Shown here: positions 54,095-64,000 of the stretch, piece after piece
How the letters are laid out: each line of letters starts with the position of its first letter
Position numbering within the stretch: position 1 is the stretch's first letter
Program-made: the position numbers and the translations under genes
NCBI GenBank assembly: GCA_964646345.1
Contig: CAZYDU010000002.1
Location: forward strand, 103,961 to 167,960
Length of the DNA: 64,000 nt
Reading direction: 5' to 3'
Origin: an uncultured Lachnospiraceae bacterium
Lineage (GTDB): Bacteria; Bacillota; Clostridia; Christensenellales; UBA1242
Notes under the pieces: model-generated
Told to the model about the DNA's origin: nothing
Seen by the model: the letters and a program-made list of their open reading frames with translations, nothing else
Databases searched by the model: none

Positions 54095-55090
54095 ATGAAA
54101 AAAATAATCAACTTCATATTTGCTTTTATTTTACTTGTATCTAGTTCAATCGCTTTTGTTGCATGTAAATCAAAAAAAGAAACAAACGCAATAAGAGTAA
54201 ACGAAGTTACACATAGCGTGTTTTACGCTCCATTATATCTAGCCATTAATCTTGGATATATGGAAGAAGAAGGCATTACCATAGAACTCACTAATGGTGG
54301 CGGAAGTGATGCTAGTATGTCTGCCCTTTTATCAGGTTCTGCCGACATCGCATTAATGGGCCCTGAAACTGTTGTTTATGTTGAATCAAGTGGAAGCACT
54401 AATCACCCTGTTGTTTTTGGACAACTAACAAAAAAAGATGGAAGCTTTTTGATTTCTAAAACACCAATCAATGGTTTTAGTTTTTCATCATCACTCAACG
54501 GAAAAACTGCAATAATTGGAAGAAATGGTGGCATGCCAGCCATGACTTTTGAATGGCTTTGCAACAACGCTGGCGTATTTAACGGCACACACACAACTCT
54601 TGATAAAGACACTTCTTTTAACATGATGGTATCAGTTTTTGAATCAACAAATGCAGATTTTTGCACCATGTTTGAGCCAACCGCATCAGAATTTGTGAAA
54701 GCTGGAAAAGGCTATTATGTTGGTTCGGTTGGAGAATATTCTGGAGAAATCCCATACACATGCTTTATGGCATACCCAAAATATATATCAGATAATAAAG
54801 ATAAAATTGAAGGATTTTTAAGAGCAATCAAAAAAGCATACTTATATATCACTCAAAACACAAGTGAAAAAGTTGCCGAAGCATTACTCCCTTCTTTTGA
54901 TGGTTCAACAAAACAAGAACTTGCTAGTGCTGTTGAGAAATATCTAGAAATTGACGCATGGTCAAATTCTCCAGCAATGAGCAAAGATTCTTACGCAAGA
55001 CTTTTGTCAGTACTCAAAAATGCTGGCACTATTACAAACGATGTTGAATTTTCAAAGGTAGTGGACAACTCAATCGCAAACTCCATTTAA
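54095..55090 (+). CDS. ABC transporter substrate-binding lipoprotein, NMT1/THI5-like (NitT/TauT family)
   Basis: Signal peptide with lipobox AFVAC. SVFYAPLYLAINLGY is typical of the SsuA/THI5-like fold. AAAGGAGG RBS. Confidence 0.75.
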   Translation: MKKIINFIFAFILLVSSSIAFVACKSKKETNAIRVNEVTHSVFYAPLYLAINLGYMEEEGITIELTNGGGSDASMSALLSGSADIALMGPETVVYVESSGSTNHPVVFGQLTKKDGSFLISKTPINGFSFSSSLNGKTAIIGRNGGMPAMTFEWLCNNAGVFNGTHTTLDKDTSFNMMVSVFESTNADFCTMFEPTASEFVKAGKGYYVGSVGEYSGEIPYTCFMAYPKYISDNKDKIEGFLRAIKKAYLYITQNTSEKVAEALLPSFDGSTKQELASAVEKYLEIDAWSNSPAMSKDSYARLLSVLKNAGTITNDVEFSKVVDNSIANSI

Positions 55091-55116
55091 AAACTCTATT
55101 CAAAGGAGAAAAGATT

Positions 55117-55872
55117 TTGAGCAAACTACTTGAACTTAAAAATATTAATTTAACTTATCAAACACTAAAATCTGAAACCGAAGCCATAAAAAATGTAAAT
55201 TTTTCAGTAAAAACGAGCGAATTTATTAGCATTGTTGGTCCAAGCGGTTCTGGCAAAACCACTATTCTCTCACTAATTGCAGGTCTATTAAAACCGACTA
55301 GTGGCGAAATCTTACTAGACGGCGAAAAAGTCAATGGAATCTCCACCAATGTTGGTTATATGTTTCAAAGAGATAATCTATTTGAATGGTTAACAGTTCT
55401 GCAAAACATTAAACTTGGACCAAAAATTAATTCAAAAAAACATTGCTTAGACTCAAAAAAAATTCTCGAGTTATTGCAAAAATATGAACTAAGTGGATTT
55501 GAAAAATCAAGACCAAATGAGCTTTCCGGCGGAATGCGACAAAGAGTTTCTCTCATCAGAACTCTATCACTCAACCCAAAATTGCTTTTGCTTGACGAGC
55601 CATTTTCCGCTCTAGACTATCAAACACGACTTGCCGTTCAAAATGATATTTATTCAATCATCAAATCCGAGCATAAAACCGCAATTTTGGTAACCCACGA
55701 TATTTCAGAAGCAATCTCGATGAGCGATAAAATAATAGTTTTAACAAAAAGACCAGGTACAATAAAAGACATAATTGAACTTGATTTTGACAAATCAATT
55801 TCACCACTTGAACGTAGAAACGATATAAAATTTAATAACTACTTCAAGCAATTATGGGAGACACTTCAATGA
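55117..55872 (+). CDS. ABC transporter ATP-binding protein (NitT/TauT family)
   Basis: GPSGSGKTT, LSGGMRQRV, LLLDEPFSALD. TTG start with AAAGGAG upstream. Confidence 0.9.
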   Translation: MSKLLELKNINLTYQTLKSETEAIKNVNFSVKTSEFISIVGPSGSGKTTILSLIAGLLKPTSGEILLDGEKVNGISTNVGYMFQRDNLFEWLTVLQNIKLGPKINSKKHCLDSKKILELLQKYELSGFEKSRPNELSGGMRQRVSLIRTLSLNPKLLLLDEPFSALDYQTRLAVQNDIYSIIKSEHKTAILVTHDISEAISMSDKIIVLTKRPGTIKDIIELDFDKSISPLERRNDIKFNNYFKQLWETLQ

Positions 55873-56693
55873 AAAACTTAATTGTTAAAACTAAAAAAAA
55901 TCCAGGTTCAAAAGCTCATCAAAAATATGTAAAGCATGAGCACACAAAAACCTTTCTTGTACACTTTTGCAGAATAGCTTTGCTATTTGCCCTGCTCGGC
56001 ATTTGGGAACTAGTGGCATACAAAAACTGGGTTGACCCATTTATCATTTCATCGCCATCGAGAATTATAAAGCAATTAAAATTATTAATTAATTCCGGTT
56101 CGCTTTCGCTTCACATTACAACAACTCTAACGGAAACCATTTATGCTTTTATTTTAAGTACTATAATTGGTTTTGTAGTAGCAGTTATTTTGTATTCAAC
56201 AACATTCATAAGACGAGTTTTTGAACCATATCTAGTAATTTTAAATAGTTTACCAAAAATCGCCCTTGGCCCATTAATTATTATTTGGGTTGGTGTTGGT
56301 ATAAAATCAACAGTAACAATGGGTATACTAATTTGCGTAGTAATCACAACCATTAATCTACTAAACTCATATTTAGAAGTTCCAAACGAAAAAATTATGT
56401 TGCTAAAAACAATGGGGGCAAACAAATTTCAAATCATGTGGCATTTAATTTTTCCTGCTACACTTCCCGCCTTTATGTCCACACTAAAAATCAATCTTGG
56501 CATGGCATGGGTTGGCGTTATCATGGGAGAATATCTTTCAAGTAAAGCAGGACTTGGTTATTTGCTTGTCTATGGCGGTCAAGTATTCAAACTAGACCTT
56601 GTAATGACTGCAATAATCATACTTTGTGTTCTTTCAGGTTTAATGTATGGTGTAATTTCAATTTTAGAAAAAATCATTCTCAAAAAAAGATGA
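55869..56693 (+). CDS. ABC transporter permease (NitT/TauT family)
   Basis: BPD-transport-type EAA-like loop (MGANKFQIMWHLIFPATLP). The ATG at 55869 overlaps the ATPase stop (ATGA). Confidence 0.85.
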   Translation: MKNLIVKTKKNPGSKAHQKYVKHEHTKTFLVHFCRIALLFALLGIWELVAYKNWVDPFIISSPSRIIKQLKLLINSGSLSLHITTTLTETIYAFILSTIIGFVVAVILYSTTFIRRVFEPYLVILNSLPKIALGPLIIIWVGVGIKSTVTMGILICVVITTINLLNSYLEVPNEKIMLLKTMGANKFQIMWHLIFPATLPAFMSTLKINLGMAWVGVIMGEYLSSKAGLGYLLVYGGQVFKLDLVMTAIIILCVLSGLMYGVISILEKIILKKR

Positions 56694-56720
56694 CTTAACC
56701 TTTTGGTTAAGCCATTTTTT
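56694..56720. terminator. Terminator between convergent genes
   Basis: cttaacc-tttt-ggttaag, then ccaTTTTTT. Confidence 0.5.
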
Positions 56721-56727
56721 ATAAACT

Positions 56728-57501
56728 TTACTTTTGAATAAGTCCAGCAAGTGTATTTGTTAAATTTAAATAAGTTTGTATTGTTGCATTCAATTCGATA
56801 TCAAGCTTTTGAATATCTTTTGTTGCATTCACAAAATTATCCTTTTTAGTTGTAATTTCTTGTGCAAAACTCTTACTTCCTTCCGTATCCATTGAAATTG
56901 TCGCCGTTCCATCTTTTGTTAAATTAACTTGAATCCAAGGCAATAGTGTTCCAGCTGTATAATAATCAACGGTAAATGCTTTAAGTTCGCCTTTATCAAA
57001 ATCATAATCAGCATCAATGTTTACATATTGAATACTTTCATCTACTACAATATAAGCTTCCAAATAAACTTTATTGTTCTTTGAATCTAGTTTTGGTTTA
57101 AGAGTAAAATTGTAGCTTCTTGAACTTCCACCAACAGTTGCAGTTGCTGTGAATTTAACAACCCCATTGTTAAGTTCAAAACCTGTTTTTTCATAAAGCA
57201 TACCCATCAAATAAAGAATAGTTGCCATATTATTTGCTGTAATTTTAAATTGAATAGAATTACTATCCGTACCACTTATTGTAACATCAATCTCATCATC
57301 AGATGATGCTGAATAAGTCACAACATTTGCAGTTGGATTTGAAACACCAATTTTTGACCAAGTTTTCATAGCAACTTCCTTGTAAACATTTGATGCTTCA
57401 GCGTTTGTAAATTCTTTTTCTTTGCCACAACCAGTAAGCAAAACACTGCAAGGCAAGACTAAACAAATAGCCAAAAGCAAACTAAAAATTTTCTTTTTCA
57501 T
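56728..57501 (-). CDS. Hypothetical lipoprotein (257 aa)
   Basis: Signal peptide with lipobox LLTGC. No domain recognised. Confidence 0.55.
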   Translation of the reverse strand: MKKKIFSLLLAICLVLPCSVLLTGCGKEKEFTNAEASNVYKEVAMKTWSKIGVSNPTANVVTYSASSDDEIDVTISGTDSNSIQFKITANNMATILYLMGMLYEKTGFELNNGVVKFTATATVGGSSRSYNFTLKPKLDSKNNKVYLEAYIVVDESIQYVNIDADYDFDKGELKAFTVDYYTAGTLLPWIQVNLTKDGTATISMDTEGSKSFAQEITTKKDNFVNATKDIQKLDIELNATIQTYLNLTNTLAGLIQK

Positions 57502-57582
57502 AAAATACCCCCTTACTTTTATATTTTTATAATAAGAAAAAAGTTACAAACAATCAAATAGATTTTGCAACTTTTTTTTATT

Positions 57583-58284
57583 TTATAAACTTTCATCAAT
57601 AACATTTTCTTTTGTAATCGTTTCGTTTTGTTTTGACTTGTTTTTTATTCTTTTAATAATTGCTCTAACACCCAAAACAAGAGCAAAAATTAGCACAAGA
57701 CCTAAAAATAGCCATAAAACAATCAATGTGTTATCGCCAAACAAATAAGTAATTGCAAGCATTATAATTCCCGCAACCACATTACCCAAAATTACCGAAA
57801 GCATTGTGTCTTTTTTAGATAAACCAATAAACAAAGCAATGCAAGTTCCAGTCCATACACCTGTAAGTGGTAGTGGAATTGCCACGAATGTAAACACTCC
57901 CCACCATTTTATCCAATGTATCTTTTTTTCATTTTTTTCTGCCTGAACTTTATCGTTTATATTCTTTGAAGATTTATTTAACTTGTTTTCAATAGCTGTC
58001 GCAAGTTTTTTAAATAGTTTAGTGCTCTTAAGCCACTTAAATATCGGCCAAAATAAGAAAGTTAAAATTACACAAACAATACTGCAACCCAAAACCGAAT
58101 ACAAGAAAGACTGCCAAACCGGCAAAGCATATTCACCCCAAAGTTCAACAGCCGAGCCAAAAGGTATAGCTCCACGAAGCTCAATTATAGGAATCATTGA
58201 AATTATCACAGTTGCAAGCGGACTATTAGTTCCAAAAATTGCAACGAACAGATTTTTAAGCCATTCAGTCATATTTTTCTCCAA
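57583..58284 (-). CDS. Small multidrug export-like membrane protein (COG2426 type)
   Basis: VIISMIPIIELRGAIPFG motif and multiple TM segments. Confidence 0.5.
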   Translation of the reverse strand: MEKNMTEWLKNLFVAIFGTNSPLATVIISMIPIIELRGAIPFGSAVELWGEYALPVWQSFLYSVLGCSIVCVILTFLFWPIFKWLKSTKLFKKLATAIENKLNKSSKNINDKVQAEKNEKKIHWIKWWGVFTFVAIPLPLTGVWTGTCIALFIGLSKKDTMLSVILGNVVAGIIMLAITYLFGDNTLIVLWLFLGLVLIFALVLGVRAIIKRIKNKSKQNETITKENVIDESL

Positions 58285-59025
58285 TTAAATATTTATTTCA
58301 TCGCCATCATTTAGCACTTTTATGCTATTATTTTTGCCAAATTCATAAGTTTCATCAGATGTGTGAATTGCATACATGGTACAATTTTTATATTCTTTTT
58401 CGAGTTCCATATATCTTTCCACATCTAAATGGCTTTTAGCTGGTTCTAAAGCAGCCATATCCACAAATGCAACATTCGAATTGCTAAGCATTTTTCTCAA
58501 ATTCTCACAATCTTTTGTATCCGCTGAAAAACCAATAACATTTTGATTTTCTTCAAAAGTATAACCTTGACAATACACATCCCCATGATCCATCGCATAT
58601 ACTTCTACTTTATATTTCCCAATTTCGAATTTATCGCCATTACTAACTTCAATAAAATCAATATGTTTTTGAAGTGATACTTTATCGCATTCATCAGGCG
58701 AACCACAAATCACTCTATTTATTTCAACAATTTTATCTAAAGTTCCCTTTGGACAAAAAATCTTTAAATTTTCTTTTCTCCCCAATCTTTCACTTTCTCT
58801 CATAAATCTAGTTGCTATGACATGCATATCAAAAATATGGTCAGCATGAAAATGTGTAAGAAAAATTGCTTTTAAATTTTTAATAAAATCAGTAATACCA
58901 AGCTTTTTTATAATTTCTTTATATGAGCCATTTGGCGTATCAAACAAAATTGTATCATCTAAGATAAAACTGGTATTATTTCTTTCAAACCAAGTACAAC
59001 CCGTACCAACGGCAAATACTTTCAT
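58285..59025 (-). CDS. MBL-fold metallo-hydrolase
   Basis: LTHFHADHIFD (HxHxDH). The ATG at 59025 has GGAG 6 nt upstream; the track start at 59037 is TTG. Confidence 0.75.
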   Translation of the reverse strand: MKVFAVGTGCTWFERNNTSFILDDTILFDTPNGSYKEIIKKLGITDFIKNLKAIFLTHFHADHIFDMHVIATRFMRESERLGRKENLKIFCPKGTLDKIVEINRVICGSPDECDKVSLQKHIDFIEVSNGDKFEIGKYKVEVYAMDHGDVYCQGYTFEENQNVIGFSADTKDCENLRKMLSNSNVAFVDMAALEPAKSHLDVERYMELEKEYKNCTMYAIHTSDETYEFGKNNSIKVLNDGDEINI

Positions 59026-59040
59026 AAAACACTCCAATAA

Positions 59041-59685
59041 TTATTTTTCTAGCTGGACAAACGCCTTTAACGCATTGAGTTCATACTCAAATTCAAATCT
59101 TGTAAAAAGCGTGTCATTTTTAGTTTTTCCGCCAATAGCATGCAAAATATATTTATCCCCTGCATTTTTCAAAACATTTCTATAAAGCGGATTCTGAATT
59201 GCCGAAATATAAACTTCGTCAATAAAGTCTTCATATTCCTTACTGTCTCTTTTTATTGGTTTACCTTGAAAATAAACATTTCCATCATCACGCCAATTAT
59301 AATCACATGCAACTTTTATGTTATTTGAATTTAATCCACTATAATTAAATAAATATCTTTGTGCTTTCTTGTTTTTTAACTTAAATCCTTGAAATACACA
59401 CTCAATCGCTTGAAGTTTAAAACCCCTAAAATAAAACTCATAAGGAAACAAGTTTGACAATGCTTTTGGCATAGGCCCGTGAATTTTGTAACCAACATTT
59501 ATAAAACCTTCACTCTCTCCTAACCACTCGTCATCTTCTCCTTGCCTTAAACAAACTTCATCACAAAATAAAGAACCATCTTTTTTTTCAATAATTTCTT
59601 TTTGTGTGAAGTTAAATGTCTTTTTAAACTCCTGAAACTTCTTCAGTTCTTTTTTTATTTTCAAATCTTTAAACAATTTTTTCAT
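59041..59685 (-). CDS. Hypothetical protein, possibly NADAR (YbiA/DUF1768)-like
   Basis: ALSNLFPYEFYFRGFKLQAIECVFQGFKL loosely fits the NADAR pattern FSNF..F...G..f.s.EhyfQa.K. Tentative. Confidence 0.35.
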   Translation of the reverse strand: MKKLFKDLKIKKELKKFQEFKKTFNFTQKEIIEKKDGSLFCDEVCLRQGEDDEWLGESEGFINVGYKIHGPMPKALSNLFPYEFYFRGFKLQAIECVFQGFKLKNKKAQRYLFNYSGLNSNNIKVACDYNWRDDGNVYFQGKPIKRDSKEYEDFIDEVYISAIQNPLYRNVLKNAGDKYILHAIGGKTKNDTLFTRFEFEYELNALKAFVQLEK

Positions 59686-59737
59686 GTATCACACCATTTC
59701 TTTATAAATTAATAAACGAGCTAAACTCTGAAAAAAT

Positions 59738-59764
59738 AAGGTATTATGTTTGACATAGTACCTT
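59738..59764 (-). terminator. pfkA terminator; copy 3 of the AAGGTATTATG..CATA(A/G)TACCTT palindrome
   Basis: aaggtattatgtttgacatagtacctt, flanked by A6 and T5. Confidence 0.6.
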
Positions 59765-59771
59765 ATTTTTA

Positions 59772-60728
59772 TTAAAAACTCAACTTTTCTGCAAGCATGT
59801 AATCACTGATATTAAACTCTTGTTTAGCTGAGATTGCTTGGCTAATTGAAACATAAATATATTCATTATTTTTAATACCGACAACCCCACTATTATTTTT
59901 AACAAGCTCATCAACAGCAACAACACCATACTTCGTTGCAAGGTTTCTATCAAAAGCAGTTGGCGAACCACCCCTTTGTATATGGCCAAGATTGACAGTT
60001 CTGCATTCAACGTTACATTTTTCCTGAATAACTCTTGCAAGTTCATTTAAATCACAAACATGTTCAGATACAACAACGATTGAACCTTCTTTTTTATGAG
60101 CTCTTGCACGAATAAGCTTATTGCAAATATCATCAATATTAAATTCTATCTCAGGAACAATTATAGCATCAGCACCGGCAGCAAGACCTGCAGATAAAGC
60201 AATATCGCCACAACCCGCCCCCATTGTTTCTACCAAAGTTATTCTATCGTGAGAATAAGATGTATCACGAATATTATTAAGCATATTAACAACGGTATTT
60301 CTAGCCGTATCAAAACCGATAGTGTAATCTGTGTAAAATAAGTTGTTATCAATGGTTGCGGGAATACAAGCACAAACAATACCTTGATTTATAAGCTCAT
60401 TTGCACCTCTAAAAGTACCATCTCCACCAATAACAATCAAACCTTCAATTTTATGCTTTTTAAGGTTTTTAATTGCTTTTTGCCTGCCTTCTTCGGTTTT
60501 AAATTCAGGACATCTACTTGTTTTTAGAATTGTTCCGCCGGTTTGAATAATATTACCAACACTTCTTTCGTTCAAAAGTGTAATACTGCCATCAATAAGC
60601 CCAGTATATCCCCTAGAAACACCGTAAACATTCATTCCTTTGCTAATACCATAACGGACAACAGCACGAATACATGCATTCATGCCTGGACTATCTCCGC
60701 CACTTGTTATAATTGCTATATTTTTCAT
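59772..60728 (-). CDS. pfkA: ATP-dependent 6-phosphofructokinase
   Basis: IAIITSGGDSPGMNA, IGGDGTF, PATIDNN, GHIQRGG. Confidence 0.96.
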   Translation of the reverse strand: MKNIAIITSGGDSPGMNACIRAVVRYGISKGMNVYGVSRGYTGLIDGSITLLNERSVGNIIQTGGTILKTSRCPEFKTEEGRQKAIKNLKKHKIEGLIVIGGDGTFRGANELINQGIVCACIPATIDNNLFYTDYTIGFDTARNTVVNMLNNIRDTSYSHDRITLVETMGAGCGDIALSAGLAAGADAIIVPEIEFNIDDICNKLIRARAHKKEGSIVVVSEHVCDLNELARVIQEKCNVECRTVNLGHIQRGGSPTAFDRNLATKYGVVAVDELVKNNSGVVGIKNNEYIYVSISQAISAKQEFNISDYMLAEKLSF

Positions 60729-60825
60729 AAATTTCTCCTAAAGATATAATATTCAAATTACGCTAAAAAATCAAATAAAAACCAGTGAAAATGGGAAGAA
60801 ATTAAATTCTTCCCACCTTTTGTAT

Positions 60826-63800
60826 TTAAAGAACTTTAATATTATTTGCCCCAATAATGCTTGACACTTCCGCAACCAAGGCATTAGATGGTTCAACCGT
60901 TAATCCCAAAGGATAAAGTTTCTTATTAAACTGCACAAGCACTGGACTGTCTCCAATATAAGCTGACATAATTTCACTTAAAGTATTAACTATTGTTTGA
61001 TTAGTTATATCAAACTGCAGATAAACCTTTTTTGTTTTTATCTGTTCTTGTTTTTCCGCCATAAATTCAGGTTTTGCTGAAATGGTTTCGGCTGGCTTAG
61101 CCTTTTCATCTAGATATGATATACCCTCAATCAAAATAATAGGTTTTTCTCCAACACGAACTGAAATTTTGCCATTAATGTGCACTATTCTATCAGTTTC
61201 TAGTGTTGTACCGAATTTTTCATAGGTTTTTGGAAACATCATACAATCAAATTCGCCATAGATATCTTCGATTGTAATTATCGCCATAGGTTTATTACCC
61301 TGCTTTGTCATGATTTTCTTAACTACTGAAACAATACCGCCACAATCAACTTGCATTCCATCTTTAATATCACTAACAAATTCATTTTGGTCAGATTCTT
61401 CAGTTTGAGTACCTTCATCATCTCCGTCCTGAATCATTGTGGAATTAAAGTTATAATTTACCATTTGTGACATATAAGCATCTAATGGGTTGCCTGAGAT
61501 ATAAATACCACAAACTTCCTTTTCTTTCTTGAGTTTTTCCATATGTTCAAACTCATCAAGATTTGGATAATCAATTTTAATAGCATCGTCTGCACCCATC
61601 AAATCGCCAAACATTGAAAATTGACCAGCAAGTTTAGATTTTGCATCTTTTGTTGCCTGAGCCATAGCTTTTTCATAAACGGCAATGAGTTGACTACGTT
61701 TTTTACCAAAACAATCAAAAGCGCCAGCTGAGATAAAACCTTCAATCAAACGTTTGTTTAAGTTAAACTCTACAGTTCTTGTAAGAAAATTTTCAAGTGA
61801 AGTAAATTTACCATTTTCATCACGTTCTTTTATAATTTGATCACAAATTCCGCCACCAATACCTTTGATAGCAGAAAGTCCAAATCTAATTGTCTCGCCT
61901 TTTACAGAAAATAGTGTTTTTGATTCATTAACATCAGGTGGCAAAATCGAAATATTAACAGACTTCGCATAAGCTAGATATTTTTTCAAATCATCTGATT
62001 TAGTAATACGGTTATTTAAGATAGCCGTTAAAAATTCAGGCTCGTAGTAATATTTTAACCATGCAGTTTGATAAGTTACATAAGAATATGCCGCAGCATG
62101 CGATTTGTTGAACGCATAAGAACCAAATTTTTCCATTTGGTCCCAAAGAGCATTTGCAACATCTTCAGGAACACCGTTTTTAACACAACCTTCAACCGCA
62201 GGCTTACCCAAAATAGATGGACAACCATGAACAAATACTTGTCTTTCCGCTTGCAAGTCCTTAAGTTTTTTCTTACCCATCATTTTACGAACTGCGTCCG
62301 CACGAGCAAGAGTGTAACCCGCCAAAACTTGAACAGTTTTCATAACTTGTTCTTGGTAAACAATAACACCATAAGTATAGTTCAATACCGGCTCAAGTCT
62401 TGGGTCAACATAAGTCACATCTTCAGGATTATGTTTATTGTGAACGAAAGTTGGAATAGTATCCATAGGTCCAGGTCTGTAAAGCGAAACACCCGCAACA
62501 ATATCTTCAAGACATGTTGGCTTTAGTTCACGCATAAACTTCTGAAACCCGCCACTTTCAAGCTGAAATACCGCCGTTGTGTTGCCAGAAGCAAGCATTT
62601 TAAACACATCAGGGTCATCGTATGTATTAGTTTCAAAATCAACATCAATACCACGATTTTCTTTAATATATTGAATTGCAAATTTAATATCGGACAAGTT
62701 GCATAGACCCAAAAAGTCCATTTTCAAATGTCCCAAATGCTCCATTTGACCACCATTGTATTGTGTGGTTAACTCATCGCCAGAACGTGACAAAGGAACA
62801 TAATCATCGAGTGGTCCACGACCAATAATAACACCACAAGGGTGAACCGAAGTCTGCCTTGGCATATCTTCAAGTTTTATCGCAATATCCACAACCTGCT
62901 TTAATTGCGGACTATTGTTATAAAGCTCAATTAATTCTGGAACTGCATAATCAACACCATAATCTTTATCATTAGGTTTTGCTTCATAAAACCCGAATGC
63001 TTTTTTCAAAATAAATGGCCTTTTTATCGTATTTGGTATGGCTTTTGTAATTTTATCAGTTTCACTATAAGGAACTTTCAAAACACGTCCAACGTCTTTT
63101 ATTGCGTTTTTAGCCGCCATCATACCAAGTGAAATAATCTTTATAACACGATCAGAACCATATTTCCTTCTAACATAATCAATAACGTCCTGACGTCTAG
63201 AATCTTCAAAGTCAACGTCAAAGTCAGGCGCAGATACACGGTCGGGGTTTAAAAATCTTTCAAAGAAAAGTCCAAATCTAAGTGGGTCAAGTTGAGTAAT
63301 TCCAAGAAGATACGCTATAACAGAACCTGCACCAGAACCTCTGCCAGGCCCAACTGAAATTCCCATTTTTCTCGCAGCATTAATATAATCCCAAACAATT
63401 AAATAATACTCAATAAATCCCATTCTTTCGATTACACCAAGCTCATACTCAATTCGGTCTGTAAGTTCTTTTGTAACAACTGGATAGTGCTTTTTTATAC
63501 CTTGGTCAATAAGTTTTAAGATAAATCCTTTAGGTTCGTCCCCTGTTTCGGGAATATATCTGGGGAAAAGATAATGCCCATACTCAAAGTTATAGTTACA
63601 TTTATCCATAATCTCTAAGGTATTAGCCAAACTTTCTTCTTCAAAAAGTTTTTGCATTTCTTCATAGGTTTTAAAGTAAAATTCTTCGGTATCAAAACGC
63701 ATTCTATCGGGGTCATCATAGGTTTTTCGCATGTTAACACACATCAGAATATCTTGACTCATTGCGTCTTCTTTATTTAGGTAATGCACGTCATTTGTTG

Positions 63801-64000
63801 CAACGGTTTTTACCCCTATCTTTTTTGCTAAAGCATAAAGTTTTGGCAAAACATATTTTTCTTCTTTCAACCCATGGTCTTGAACTTCGATATAAAAATC
63901 CCCAGGAGCAAACATATCACGAAGTTTAATTGCATCTTTTTCAGCTTCTTCATCTTGATTGTTAAGCAAAAATTGAGGAATAGTACCTGCAATACAAGCC
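60826..64000 (-). CDS. dnaE: DNA polymerase III alpha subunit (DnaE type); the 5' end lies beyond the window
   Basis: The frame is open to base 64000. PHP-domain tail, palm/fingers (GPGRGSGAGS, VSAPDFDVDF), HhH and a C-terminal OB fold. Confidence 0.95.
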   Translation of the reverse strand, partial: ACIAGTIPQFLLNNQDEEAEKDAIKLRDMFAPGDFYIEVQDHGLKEEKYVLPKLYALAKKIGVKTVATNDVHYLNKEDAMSQDILMCVNMRKTYDDPDRMRFDTEEFYFKTYEEMQKLFEEESLANTLEIMDKCNYNFEYGHYLFPRYIPETGDEPKGFILKLIDQGIKKHYPVVTKELTDRIEYELGVIERMGFIEYYLIVWDYINAARKMGISVGPGRGSGAGSVIAYLLGITQLDPLRFGLFFERFLNPDRVSAPDFDVDFEDSRRQDVIDYVRRKYGSDRVIKIISLGMMAAKNAIKDVGRVLKVPYSETDKITKAIPNTIKRPFILKKAFGFYEAKPNDKDYGVDYAVPELIELYNNSPQLKQVVDIAIKLEDMPRQTSVHPCGVIIGRGPLDDYVPLSRSGDELTTQYNGGQMEHLGHLKMDFLGLCNLSDIKFAIQYIKENRGIDVDFETNTYDDPDVFKMLASGNTTAVFQLESGGFQKFMRELKPTCLEDIVAGVSLYRPGPMDTIPTFVHNKHNPEDVTYVDPRLEPVLNYTYGVIVYQEQVMKTVQVLAGYTLARADAVRKMMGKKKLKDLQAERQVFVHGCPSILGKPAVEGCVKNGVPEDVANALWDQMEKFGSYAFNKSHAAAYSYVTYQTAWLKYYYEPEFLTAILNNRITKSDDLKKYLAYAKSVNISILPPDVNESKTLFSVKGETIRFGLSAIKGIGGGICDQIIKERDENGKFTSLENFLTRTVEFNLNKRLIEGFISAGAFDCFGKKRSQLIAVYEKAMAQATKDAKSKLAGQFSMFGDLMGADDAIKIDYPNLDEFEHMEKLKKEKEVCGIYISGNPLDAYMSQMVNYNFNSTMIQDGDDEGTQTEESDQNEFVSDIKDGMQVDCGGIVSVVKKIMTKQGNKPMAIITIEDIYGEFDCMMFPKTYEKFGTTLETDRIVHINGKISVRVGEKPIILIEGISYLDEKAKPAETISAKPEFMAEKQEQIKTKKVYLQFDITNQTIVNTLSEIMSAYIGDSPVLVQFNKKLYPLGLTVEPSNALVAEVSSIIGANNIKVL

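Overview
This is a strongly AT-rich, gene-dense chromosomal segment. It looks like a Bacillota (Clostridia-like) bacterium using the standard genetic code: TGA acts as a stop and all the large housekeeping proteins read through intact. I support about 60 protein genes. The housekeeping set is uvrB-uvrA, glyQS behind a glycine T-box leader, rpiB, sepF plus a small DivIVA-domain gene, groES-groEL, lgt, recX, a yigZ/IMPACT gene, glmS, spo0A, valS, galE, pfkA and a 5'-truncated dnaE. Also present are DegV, an ABC-F ATPase, a NitT/TauT-type ABC transporter, a MOP flippase and a DUF421/DUF4363 pair. A long Bacillus-type SRP RNA at about 40100-40372 is not in the ORF track and is overlapped by a spurious ORF. 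I saw no rRNA, tRNA, CRISPR array, transposase, integrase or phage structural genes, so nothing here looks like a classical mobile or defence island.

The main items worth a second look are:
- A 2166-aa surface protein anchored at both ends, with four beta-sandwich (CBM-like) modules and a Tyr-rich repeat region, that I cannot place in any family.
- A dispersed hairpin/inverted-repeat family (GTCATTTCGAGCG...CGAGAAATCCCC) with about 10 units at four intergenic loci.
- A translationally coupled NifU-like + GGGtGRT gene pair of unknown function.
- A protein with an N-terminal Rx4H (HEPN-like) region fused to a CBS pair, sitting inside a run of RNA-modification genes.
- Three spaced TTACGA-N4-TCGTAA palindromes between tandem XRE regulators and a SLOG/YpsA-like gene.
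- A stand-alone GlmU acetyltransferase domain next to glmS.
- A Spo0A whose receiver acidic pocket reads N-E instead of D-D.

All family assignments come from motif recognition by eye. No database search was run.
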